64,000 nucleotides of DNA from a bacterium (GTDB lineage: Bacteria; Zhuqueibacterota; Zhuqueibacteria; Residuimicrobiales; Krinioviventaceae): positions 1,856,001 through 1,920,000 of the forward strand of contig OY843751.1 in the NCBI GenBank assembly GCA_963693055.1, written 5' to 3'. The number at the start of each line of letters is the position of its first letter. Within the stretch, counting starts at the first letter, position 1. Below are positions 30,057 through 39,352 of this stretch, in pieces. The notes under the pieces are model-generated. The model did not search any database. It was not told the DNA's origin and worked only from the letters and a program-made list of their open reading frames with translations. The position numbers were made by a program, and so were the translations under genes.

Positions 30057-30094
30057 AGCACACTAATCAATCATTTTTTTTAGCAAAGATAATT

Positions 30095-31168
30095 ATGGAA
30101 AAAAAGAAAATCAAAGCAAGACTCGAACTAGAAGATGGCTCGGTTTTTCATGGATTTTCCTTCGGTGCCCAAAAATCTGTCGCGGGTGAGGTGGTTTTTA
30201 ATACCAGCATGATGGGATATCCTGAAAGCATGACTGATCCGTCATATTATGGACAGATACTGGTTCTAACTTATCCACTTGTAGGAAATTACGGAATACC
30301 TGAAAAAGAACTTGTAGACGGTCTGGACCGTTGGTTTGAATCTTCAAATATCCAGATCACAGGATTAATTGTTTCCGAATATTCTTTTAATTACAGTCAC
30401 TGGAGCGCTGTAAAAAGCCTGGGTGATTGGCTTACTGAACATGATATCCCCGGATTATATGGTATTGATACCCGTATGTTGACCATGCGTTTGCGAGATG
30501 AAGGTACAATGCTGGGACGTATGTTGTTTTTTACTGATGAAATAGATTTTTACGATCCGAACAAGAGCAATCTTGTTGAAAAAGTAAGTATTGATGAGCC
30601 TGTAGAGTATGGCAAGTCTGGTCAAAAAGTCATTTTAATTGATTGTGGATGCAAAGATAATATTATTAGAAATTTGGTAAGTCGAGATATTATTGTAAGG
30701 CGGGTACCCTGGAATTATGACTTTACCAACGAAGACTATGATGGGGTGTTTATCTCTAATGGTCCTGGCGATCCTAAAATGTGTAGGGAGACTGTAGACA
30801 TTATTTCAAAAACACTTGAAGGTGATCGACCGGTTTTTGGTATCTGTATGGGGAACCAACTGCTTTCCCTGGCGGCAGGTGCCGATACTTATAAATTAAA
30901 GTTTGGTCATCGCAGTCAAAACCAGCCTTGTGTAGAAGTTGGAACAAAGCGCTGTTATATTACATCTCAGAACCATGGTTTCGCAGTTGATGGACGTACA
31001 TTACAGGAAGGGTGGGAGCCCTGGTTTGTAAACGCTAATGATGGTACCAACGAAGGCATTCGTCATGTATCTAAACCATTTATGAGCGTTCAGTTTCATC
31101 CGGAAGCAGCTCCGGGGCCGGTTGATACTTCTATACTTTTTGATGATTTTAAAAGGATGCTTTTATGA
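30095..31168 (+). CDS. carA: Carbamoyl-phosphate synthase small subunit
   Basis: GEVVFNT, TDPSY, SNGPGDP, GICMGNQ, SQNHG, QFHPE. Confidence 0.97.
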   Translation: MEKKKIKARLELEDGSVFHGFSFGAQKSVAGEVVFNTSMMGYPESMTDPSYYGQILVLTYPLVGNYGIPEKELVDGLDRWFESSNIQITGLIVSEYSFNYSHWSAVKSLGDWLTEHDIPGLYGIDTRMLTMRLRDEGTMLGRMLFFTDEIDFYDPNKSNLVEKVSIDEPVEYGKSGQKVILIDCGCKDNIIRNLVSRDIIVRRVPWNYDFTNEDYDGVFISNGPGDPKMCRETVDIISKTLEGDRPVFGICMGNQLLSLAAGADTYKLKFGHRSQNQPCVEVGTKRCYITSQNHGFAVDGRTLQEGWEPWFVNANDGTNEGIRHVSKPFMSVQFHPEAAPGPVDTSILFDDFKRMLL

Positions 31169-34100
31169 TAAATAAACCGAAAAAAGTCATAATTCTCGGC
31201 AGTTCGGCTTTAAAGATTGGCGAGGCGGGAGAGTTTGATTATTCCGGAAGCCAGGCCATCAAGGCACTCAAAGAAGAAGGTGTATATACCATTCTGGTAA
31301 ATCCCAATATTGCCACTATTCAAACTTCGGACCATTTGGCAGACCAGGTATACTTTTTGCCTGTTACACCATATTTTGTAGAACAAATCATTCAAAAGGA
31401 AAAACCGGATGGAATCCTTTTGGGATTTGGCGGTCAAACTGCTCTGAATTGTGGTATAGAACTTGAAAAAAGCGGTGTCTTGAGTCGTTATGGCGTCAAT
31501 GTATTGGGTACTCAGGTAGAAGCTATTCTCAATACCGAAGACAGACAGTTGTTTGTTTCCAAGCTGGACCAGATTAAAGTAAAAACCGCAATCAGCAAAG
31601 CTGTGGAAAATATTGATGATGCTGTTAAATATGCGGAAAAGATCGGTTATCCGGTTATGGTTCGTATCGCATTTGCTTTGGGTGGTCTTGGTTCAGGTAT
31701 TTGTAGAAATGAAGAAGAATTACGAGAGCTCGCCCAAAAGGCTTTTTCTTATACCAACCAGATATTGATTGAAGAATATCTCTTGGGTTGGAAAGAAGTT
31801 GAATATGAAATTGTACGGGACCGGTTCGATAATTGTATTGCCGTTTGTAATATGGAAAATTTTGACCCAATGGGCATCCATACTGGTGAGAGTATTGTTG
31901 TTGCACCCAGTCAGACATTGACTAATCGTGAATATCATAAACTTCGTGAGATTGGTATTCGCACCGTGCGTCATATGGGCATTGTTGGCGAGTGTAATAT
32001 ACAATATGCTTTCGATCCTCATTCGGAAGATTATCGTGTAATTGAGATTAATGCACGTCTGTCCCGAAGTTCCGCACTGGCATCAAAAGCAACCGGTTAT
32101 CCTTTAGCGTTCGTGGCTGCAAAACTGGCACTGGGATATAGTTTAATTGACCTCCCCAACTCTGTTACAAAAATAACCAAAGCCTGTTATGAACCGGCAC
32201 TTGATTATATTGTTGTTAAAATTCCAAGATGGGACTTGAAAAAGTTTAAACAAGTCTCGAAAAAAATCGGTTCCGGAATGAAATCTGTTGGTGAAGTAAT
32301 GGCAATCGGAAGGACCTTTGAAGAAGCATTGCAAAAAGGTCTGAGAATGCTTGAGATTGGCGCCAATGGTATTGTGCAGAATCCCAGTATTACAATAGAT
32401 GATATAAAGCTGGAGCTTGAAGAACCCACGGACTTGCGGGTTTATGCAGTACCAGAAGCCTTGAAACAGGGCATGACAGTTGACGATATACACAAATTGA
32501 GTCATATTGACCGATGGTTCTTGTATAAAATTGAAAATATTGTTCGCATTGAAAAAGAGTTGTTTGGTGTTGGCGAACAGCGTTGTCCCAGAGATTTGCT
32601 GCTTGAAGCAAAACAAGCAGGCTTTTCTGACAAGCAGATCGGTTTGATTTTGGCTAAAGATGAATTAGAAGTCCGACAGCTTCGTCAGAATTATGGTTTG
32701 ACTCCCTGGGTAAAACAGATCGATACCCTTGCAGCCGAATATCCGGCGCAAACCAATTATCTATATCTGACATATAACGGTCAGGAAGATGATTTGTCAT
32801 TTCTTGATAGAAATGCAGTGATGGTTTTGGGAAGCGGTGCATACCGTATAGGCAGCTCGGTCGAGTTTGACTGGTGTTGTGTAAACTCTGTTAAAACCCT
32901 CAAAGATTTAAATTACCAGACCATTATGGTCAATTACAATCCCGAGACTGTTAGTACGGATTATGATGAATGTGATAAACTGTATTTTGATGAAATTAGC
33001 TTTGAAACCGTTGTAGATATTTATGAAAAAGAAAAAGCTACCGGTATTATCATCTCCATGGGCGGGCAGATCCCCAATAACCTTGCATTAAGATTGGACA
33101 AATTTGGTGTCAAGGTGTTGGGAACATCCGCAAAGAATATTGATAATGCTGAAGACCGCCACAAGTTTTCAAAATTGCTCGACGATATAGGTGTAGACCA
33201 GCCGGAATGGAGCGAGCTTACATCAATGGATGAAGCAAGATCCTTTGCGGAAAAAGTTGGGTATCCGGTGCTTATCCGTCCATCATATGTTTTAAGTGGT
33301 GCGGCAATGAGCGTGGCGTCAAACGACGCAGAGCTTGAAAAATATTTGGGAAAAGCTTCTGATATTTCTGCTGACCATCCTGTAGTGATGAGCAAGTTTA
33401 TTGAACGCGCCAAAGAGATAGAGATTGATGCGGTAGGGCAGGATGGAGAACTTTTGATTTATGCCATCTCTGAGCATGTTGAAAATGCGGGTGTGCATTC
33501 GGGTGATGCTACCCTGGTGCTGCCACCCCAACGCACCTATCTGGAAACTACTCGACGTGTGAAAAAAATAGCTCGCAAGATTGCCAAAGAATTAAGAATA
33601 AATGGTCCATTTAATATGCAGCTTGTAGCCAAAGACAATGATGTTAAAGTGATTGAATGTAACTTGCGTGCATCTCGAAGTTTTCCATTTGTCTCCAAGA
33701 TTTTCAAAGTTAATTTTATTGACCTGGCAACCCGGGTAATTATGGAACGTCATGTTCCCAGAATCGATAAATCGGTATTTGAACTGGATTATGTGGGTGT
33801 TAAGGCTCCACAGTTTTCATTTACCCGATTGATTGGTGCTGATCCTACACTGGGTGTTGAAATGGCATCTACAGGTGAAGTAGGGTGTATTGGCTCGGAT
33901 TTTGAAGAAGCGTTTCTGAAATCTCTGATCTCGGTTGGTTACAAATTGCCGGTAAAAAATATTCTGCTTTCCACAGGTCCTATTGAAAGCAAAGCCGAAT
34001 TTTTAAACAGTACACGTCTGCTTGCGGATATGGGAATGAACTTTTTCGCAACCGGTGGAACCGCTCGATTTATGGAAGATAATGGATTTGAGGTAACACA

Positions 34101-34356
34101 TTTGCATTGGCCACTTACGAAAAAAAGCCCCAATGTGATTGATTATCTCAGTGAGAAAAAAATAGATTTGGTAATCAATATTCCCAAGAACTTTCAGGAA
34201 GAAGAACTTACAAATGATTATATCATCCGGCGTAAAGCAGTGGATTTTGCTATCCCCATGTTTACCAATTTACAGTTAGCCAGACGGTTTGTTGAAGCGA
34301 TTAGTCGTAAAAATATTAAGAGTTTGGCAATCAAAAGCTGGAGCGAATACGAATAG
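31165..34356 (+). CDS. carB: Carbamoyl-phosphate synthase large subunit
   Basis: Two ATP-grasp halves (GEFDYSGSQA, RLSRSSALASKATG, RPSYVLSG, HSGDAT) plus MGS domain. Confidence 0.98.
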   Translation: MINKPKKVIILGSSALKIGEAGEFDYSGSQAIKALKEEGVYTILVNPNIATIQTSDHLADQVYFLPVTPYFVEQIIQKEKPDGILLGFGGQTALNCGIELEKSGVLSRYGVNVLGTQVEAILNTEDRQLFVSKLDQIKVKTAISKAVENIDDAVKYAEKIGYPVMVRIAFALGGLGSGICRNEEELRELAQKAFSYTNQILIEEYLLGWKEVEYEIVRDRFDNCIAVCNMENFDPMGIHTGESIVVAPSQTLTNREYHKLREIGIRTVRHMGIVGECNIQYAFDPHSEDYRVIEINARLSRSSALASKATGYPLAFVAAKLALGYSLIDLPNSVTKITKACYEPALDYIVVKIPRWDLKKFKQVSKKIGSGMKSVGEVMAIGRTFEEALQKGLRMLEIGANGIVQNPSITIDDIKLELEEPTDLRVYAVPEALKQGMTVDDIHKLSHIDRWFLYKIENIVRIEKELFGVGEQRCPRDLLLEAKQAGFSDKQIGLILAKDELEVRQLRQNYGLTPWVKQIDTLAAEYPAQTNYLYLTYNGQEDDLSFLDRNAVMVLGSGAYRIGSSVEFDWCCVNSVKTLKDLNYQTIMVNYNPETVSTDYDECDKLYFDEISFETVVDIYEKEKATGIIISMGGQIPNNLALRLDKFGVKVLGTSAKNIDNAEDRHKFSKLLDDIGVDQPEWSELTSMDEARSFAEKVGYPVLIRPSYVLSGAAMSVASNDAELEKYLGKASDISADHPVVMSKFIERAKEIEIDAVGQDGELLIYAISEHVENAGVHSGDATLVLPPQRTYLETTRRVKKIARKIAKELRINGPFNMQLVAKDNDVKVIECNLRASRSFPFVSKIFKVNFIDLATRVIMERHVPRIDKSVFELDYVGVKAPQFSFTRLIGADPTLGVEMASTGEVGCIGSDFEEAFLKSLISVGYKLPVKNILLSTGPIESKAEFLNSTRLLADMGMNFFATGGTARFMEDNGFEVTHLHWPLTKKSPNVIDYLSEKKIDLVINIPKNFQEEELTNDYIIRRKAVDFAIPMFTNLQLARRFVEAISRKNIKSLAIKSWSEYE

Positions 34357-34384
34357 ATTTTAAAAGAATATATAACTGATTTGC

Positions 34385-34417
34385 AAGCCCTTTTAATTTT
34401 GTTAAAAGGGCTTTTTT
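34385..34417 (+). terminator. Rho-independent terminator after carB
   Basis: AAGCCCTTTTAA-TTTTG-TTAAAAGGGCTT followed by TTTT. Confidence 0.75.
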
Positions 34418-34590
34418 ATTTAAATACAAAATGCAGTGAGCGCAAAGAATTCGCCGTGGTCGCAAAGCGAACCATCAGAGTATTGTTATTACATTTCATT
34501 ATAAGCCAAAACCAATCTTTTCCTTATTCGTGTAAATTTGTGTTTTTAGTGTTTTCACGTTCTATTTTTTATTTTCCAATGTACCAAAAT

Positions 34591-34623
34591 AAAAAATCCC
34601 CGGCATTAAATAACTGCCGGGGA
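34591..34623 (-). terminator. Terminator of the hybrid kinase gene
   Basis: TCCCCGGCA...TGCCGGGGA with A6 on its left side (U6 on the minus strand). Confidence 0.75.
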
Positions 34624-34654
34624 AGACCACTGTGACGTGTTGTATTGAATAATA

Positions 34655-36223
34655 TCAGCTATAAGAGAGATCGAATAATGTGGCCAGTTTTTGACTTGTT
34701 AGGGGTTTGGATACCAGCTTTTTAATGCCTGCAGATTGGGTCGTAGCCTCATTTACGCTGTTTATGTATCCTGTACAAAGTATGATAGGTATGGTCGCAT
34801 TGGTATTTATCAGTGAACGTGATAATTCAAGTCCGTCCATGTTTGGCATATTCAGATCTGTTACAACCAGATCATAAAATTCTGGATTGCTGTTGAAATT
34901 ATCAAGAGCCGTTTTTCCATCACTGAATAAAGTGACCTTGTGTCCCATTTGTTCGAACAACATGCCTTGTACCTGAAGTACATCCTGATCATCATCAACC
35001 AGCATGATGTGTAATTTTTTTTCATCTGTTGTCATAAAATAGTCTTGGGCCATTTTTTTCTTTTCTTCTACCAAAGAAGGCAAATAGACATGAAAAATGG
35101 TACCAGAACCCGGTTTGCTTTTAACCGTTATGTCACCCTCATTGTTTTTTACAATGCTGTGAACGGTTGCAAGGCCAATTCCTTTACCCTTGCCTTTGTC
35201 TTTGGTGGTGAAATAAGGATCGAAAATCTTGCTTATTATTTCCTGCGGAATTCCTGATCCTGTATCTTTAATACATATATCTATATACTTGCCCGGTTTC
35301 AAGTTTAAAAGTTTAGAATTCAAAATTTCATCGGTATACTCGTGCTCACTCAGTTTGACAGTCAACTCTCCACCGGATTCTTCCATAGCATGAATAGCGT
35401 TGGTACAGAGATTCATCAATATCTGATGGATATGTATTGCATCTGCGTTGATTCTTGAAATACCGGCTTTTACCGTGTGTTCAATTTTAATATTATCAGG
35501 AGCCAGTCCGGAAATGAAATTCAAAACTTCTTTGATAATATTTTCTACCTGAATCGGTTCTTTTTTCTGTGTTTCCGGTTGTCCAAAAGTATGAATTTGT
35601 TTTACCAGATCTTTGGCCCTGCCAGCAGCTTTGGAAATATTGTTAACATATTTATAAATATTACCTTCATTGGGCACCAGCTCAATAAGTAGATCCGAAT
35701 AGCCAATGATGGGGCTGAGGATGTTGTTTAAATCATGTGCTATACCTCTTGCCATTTTACCTATTGAATCCATTTTTTCTGCCTGCTGTAAACGGATTTG
35801 CAGTGTTTTATTGCGTTGTCGGGTTTTGCAAAGTTGGGTAATATCGCTTACAAATCCTTCATAATACAATATGTTATCATCATCTTTGACGATGCGAACG
35901 TTTTCAGAAATCCAGATTTTTTCATCATTTTTTGTATGAATTTGAGAAACAAAATCCTTAACAATTCCATGGGTTTGCATTTCATGAATAAATTCCTGCC
36001 GACGTACGGGATCAACATACAATTGGTCAGCAATATTGGTAATAGATTCAATCAGTTCTTCAGGTGAGTCATAACCATACATTCTTGCAAGTGAAGGATT
36101 AACATTTAAATATTGGCCATCGGGGGTACTTTGAAAGATACCCTCAACAGCATTCATAAATATAGAATGATAAACATTGTCAATGTGCATAAATTCTCCA
36201 ATATCAGCGTCGTATATTTTCAT
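34655..36223 (-). CDS. Cytoplasmic hybrid sensor histidine kinase (PAS-HisKA-HATPase-REC)
   Basis: PAS (EGIFQSTPDG), H-box AHDLNN, NLCTNA, DTGSG, FDPYFTTK, GIGL, receiver LVDDD...TDLNMP...KP. ATG 36223 preferred over GTG 36235. Confidence 0.92.
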   Translation of the reverse strand: MKIYDADIGEFMHIDNVYHSIFMNAVEGIFQSTPDGQYLNVNPSLARMYGYDSPEELIESITNIADQLYVDPVRRQEFIHEMQTHGIVKDFVSQIHTKNDEKIWISENVRIVKDDDNILYYEGFVSDITQLCKTRQRNKTLQIRLQQAEKMDSIGKMARGIAHDLNNILSPIIGYSDLLIELVPNEGNIYKYVNNISKAAGRAKDLVKQIHTFGQPETQKKEPIQVENIIKEVLNFISGLAPDNIKIEHTVKAGISRINADAIHIHQILMNLCTNAIHAMEESGGELTVKLSEHEYTDEILNSKLLNLKPGKYIDICIKDTGSGIPQEIISKIFDPYFTTKDKGKGKGIGLATVHSIVKNNEGDITVKSKPGSGTIFHVYLPSLVEEKKKMAQDYFMTTDEKKLHIMLVDDDQDVLQVQGMLFEQMGHKVTLFSDGKTALDNFNSNPEFYDLVVTDLNMPNMDGLELSRSLINTNATIPIILCTGYINSVNEATTQSAGIKKLVSKPLTSQKLATLFDLSYS

Positions 36224-36384
36224 GTCCTGTCCCACTGCAAAGAATGGGCCAAAAAATGATGATTTTTTGGTGCGTAACTTGTTAATTTACAATACGTTTT
36301 TTGAAGGTGTTTTTGTATGTGTTTCCTGAATGAGATTCAAACATGAGGGGTGTGAACAGGATGGGACAATTCAATTATGAGGGA

Positions 36385-36420
36385 AATACCTCGGTATTAT
36401 CTGTAATATACCGGGGTATT
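36385..36420 (-). terminator. Hairpin after the outer-membrane protein pair
   Basis: AATACCTCGGTAT...ATACCGGGGTATT inverted repeat just after the stop at 36428. Confidence 0.55.
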
Positions 36421-36427
36421 GTGCAAA

Positions 36428-37783
36428 TTAATGTGAATATTGTAACTGCAGGCCGGCAAAAGATAAACCATTGCTTACTTTGCCGGCTAAAAAATTACAG
36501 TTGAACATATTATTAATTTTGTAGCTAAAACCAAAAGTGGTATTATCCTGTTCAAGTTTATAATCATTTATTTCATAATCGGTATTGGGATAAGATACCT
36601 GGGGATCATTTTCAATTTTACTTTTGGTATAGGTGAAATTTAATTTGAGTTTAGGAGTTAAAGCCAAAAGAAAAGCAAATGATAGATTTTGTTCTTTATC
36701 TCCATACTCGTAAAGATAGTGATCACTGCTGCGTTTTAGATTTTGGGTTTTTCCATTTTTATACTGATATGCCCAACATAAAGTTAATACGTTTTGAATT
36801 GGAATTTCAGCACCTGTTGAGATTGTAAAAGTAGAAATATCTTTTTCAGTATTCGGTTTTACTGTATAGGTATTGGTTTTATTCTCCGGATTTTCAGGAT
36901 CAAAATACCAGTCCGGATTATATTCACTATATGTATACTCGAACCTTTCTTTAAAATTATACTTTTCATAGTCTCCTTGTAACCTGAAACGTATTAATGA
37001 TGTTTCATAGTTTAATAAAAGATTGTATTCTGGTATTGTACAATTCAAGGGTTTAAATACATAAAAGTCGTTCAAGGTAACAGATAATTGATCTGATGAT
37101 GATGAAAAATCCTTGAAATATGCAACTCTGCTTTCTTGACCGGTTGATTCTTTTCTTTGATAATTTTCAATTTTTATTCCCGGCACAATTGAAAAATTTG
37201 GATGAAATTTGTATTCAAATCCCACTCTTGCAATGTGTGAAATGCTTTTACCGGCTGTTTTGTATCGGTTATATATGGATGTCATGGTATAATAATTAAT
37301 ATATTTATCAAAATTATAATTTTCTGATTTTTGCATTTGATATGATAAACCCGCTTTTATTTTGGGCGATAAATACCTACTAATAGTAAAAGTGGCATTA
37401 TAAAATTTGTGATTAAATTCTTTTTGATAGAACAGATTGTTATTAAAACCCGTATAATTGTCCAGCAATTGACCATCAAGCATAACACCCAGATTCCAGG
37501 ATTTATATGGCATAAACATATAGAGATGCGTTCCATTGAGTGGCAGATGCAGCTTGTCAGGCTCGCCTTTTTCGTCATATTTACCACCCGTAAAGAGTGT
37601 AAAATGATCAAAATCCATCATGGCGGGATTCAAATATGAATCCATAATGGGATCGGCAATAGCTCCGGTAATGCGTTCGCCTGCCTTGCTTTGCAGTTCG
37701 AGTGAAACGGGGGATTGGGCTAAAAGAATATTTGTTGTTAATGCATACCATACTACCGTTAATAACCATAATCTGTTTCGCAT
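36428..37783 (-). CDS. Putative outer-membrane beta-barrel protein, FadL/PorV-like N-terminus
   Basis: Signal peptide; IADP..DSYLNPA motif; alternating aromatic/polar strands; ends LQLQYSH. Confidence 0.6.
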   Translation of the reverse strand: MRNRLWLLTVVWYALTTNILLAQSPVSLELQSKAGERITGAIADPIMDSYLNPAMMDFDHFTLFTGGKYDEKGEPDKLHLPLNGTHLYMFMPYKSWNLGVMLDGQLLDNYTGFNNNLFYQKEFNHKFYNATFTISRYLSPKIKAGLSYQMQKSENYNFDKYINYYTMTSIYNRYKTAGKSISHIARVGFEYKFHPNFSIVPGIKIENYQRKESTGQESRVAYFKDFSSSSDQLSVTLNDFYVFKPLNCTIPEYNLLLNYETSLIRFRLQGDYEKYNFKERFEYTYSEYNPDWYFDPENPENKTNTYTVKPNTEKDISTFTISTGAEIPIQNVLTLCWAYQYKNGKTQNLKRSSDHYLYEYGDKEQNLSFAFLLALTPKLKLNFTYTKSKIENDPQVSYPNTDYEINDYKLEQDNTTFGFSYKINNMFNCNFLAGKVSNGLSFAGLQLQYSH

Positions 37784-37844
37784 GAAAATCTCCCAGTTTG
37801 AAATTGTTTAATTTGGAATTTAAAAAATAGCAAAAAAATATTAT

Positions 37845-39215
37845 TTACAAGCATAACTTGAACTGCATGGCATAAAAAGACGGTGTATTATAAAACTCTC
37901 GGGTACATATAAAATTGCCAGCCAGGCTGTCTGTTATTGACATTTTAAAACCGATCCAGTCAATGTTTTTGGTTTTATATTTTGTTCCATTAATACTTGT
38001 AACATTCATTGCATAAGTCAATATAAATTGAGGTAAAATCCTGAAATGTAATCCATATGATATTTGGTCCACATTTTTGCTATGACTGGAATGACCTGGT
38101 TGATCTTTTGTATAAGGTCTGTCTTTGAAAAAATTCATATCATATTGATAGATGGTTTGAATATCATAATTTGTGCTAGTCATGGATATATAATTATTTA
38201 TTCGATTAAAAATATTAAATTCAATGCCAATTCCTACTGCCAATGTTTGTATGGACTTGTTTTTATATTGTCTATAGTCAAAAAAACTGGAACTGTATTC
38301 AATACTATCCTGGGGCATTATCGTTATTATGCTTGATCCTTCATGATGTAGATGCGCTGTTTCAGTATATTTTAGTTTATTATAGTTTCCCCAAAATCTT
38401 GTTTTAATGTTTTTATGAATATTATAGCTTCCAATTAAAGAAAACGTACTTTGGGGAAAATTAAAAGCAGGATAATTATCATTGTTGTATGATATTGAAT
38501 CATAAAATTTTACATAAAAGTCATTATAATTATATATATAATTGCTTTTAGAACGAATGGTATATTGATTATTATATAATTCTTTATTTACTAATGAATA
38601 GGAGAATGAGGGGCAAATATACAGCTTTTTCTTAAATTTTAGTTTGCCGCCAATTGTGAGTTTTTTTATTCCCATATCTCCTTGAATTTTGTAAAGCGGA
38701 TCAAGAATGTACTCATTACCTGTATAGTTGTAAATAGTATTGTATTCATCATATGTGTTATTTCGCTTTTGGTATTCCAATGATAATCCCAAACTGTGAT
38801 TTGTGCTCAATTTTTTTGATATCGAGAATACATATTTTTCATTAATATGATCCAGATTTGGATTTTCATAATAATAAGTATCAAAATATATTGTGTTTAT
38901 TATTTTATCTGCCATTATACCAAAAGACCAGGATTTGTAAGGGATAAATATATATAGGTGTTGTTGATCAAAGTATGATTGAGAAATATTGTCTAGTTCT
39001 TCAATCCTTGTAAAACGTGCACCGCTATATATTGTTGGCTTTTCAAAATCCATCATGGCGGGATTGATATAAGAATCCGTAATAGGGTCAGCAATAGTAC
39101 CCAATATTTTTTCACCGGCTTTGCTTTGTAGTTCGAGTGAAACCGGTTGCTGTGAATATACTGATTTACATACAAATAATAAAATTGTTAAAAGAAACCA
39201 AAATTTATTTGGCAA
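37845..39215 (-). CDS. Putative outer-membrane beta-barrel protein, paralogue of 36428-37783
   Basis: TTG start behind AGGGG; shares PVSLELQSKAGE.I.G.IADPI.DSY.NPAMMDF; Tyr/Asn-rich and visibly AT-rich. Confidence 0.6.
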   Translation of the reverse strand: MPNKFWFLLTILLFVCKSVYSQQPVSLELQSKAGEKILGTIADPITDSYINPAMMDFEKPTIYSGARFTRIEELDNISQSYFDQQHLYIFIPYKSWSFGIMADKIINTIYFDTYYYENPNLDHINEKYVFSISKKLSTNHSLGLSLEYQKRNNTYDEYNTIYNYTGNEYILDPLYKIQGDMGIKKLTIGGKLKFKKKLYICPSFSYSLVNKELYNNQYTIRSKSNYIYNYNDFYVKFYDSISYNNDNYPAFNFPQSTFSLIGSYNIHKNIKTRFWGNYNKLKYTETAHLHHEGSSIITIMPQDSIEYSSSFFDYRQYKNKSIQTLAVGIGIEFNIFNRINNYISMTSTNYDIQTIYQYDMNFFKDRPYTKDQPGHSSHSKNVDQISYGLHFRILPQFILTYAMNVTSINGTKYKTKNIDWIGFKMSITDSLAGNFICTREFYNTPSFYAMQFKLCL

Positions 39216-39352
39216 AGCGTACCCCTGTCATTGTAATATTCTTGATGATGAAGATTGATATATCCCCCGATATTTCTTTTGGCCCGTAAAAGTTAACTAT
39301 TCATTGATTGTTTATTTTAAACTCTTTTCATACTTGAAAAGTTCCCCGTAAC

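Noticed and set aside
29944-30058. pyrL-like leader peptide running into the carA hairpin
   Set aside because: The frame that crosses the hairpin has no ATG/GTG/TTG start after the upstream TGA, and the TTG-started frames stop before it.
34381-34635. 84-aa ORF between carB and the kinase
   Set aside because: It spans two terminators, has no RBS and no recognisable protein features.
36268-36297. dif-like site (GGTGCGTAAC...)
   Set aside because: Only the first six bases resemble the XerC arm; there is no XerD arm (TTATGTTAAAT).
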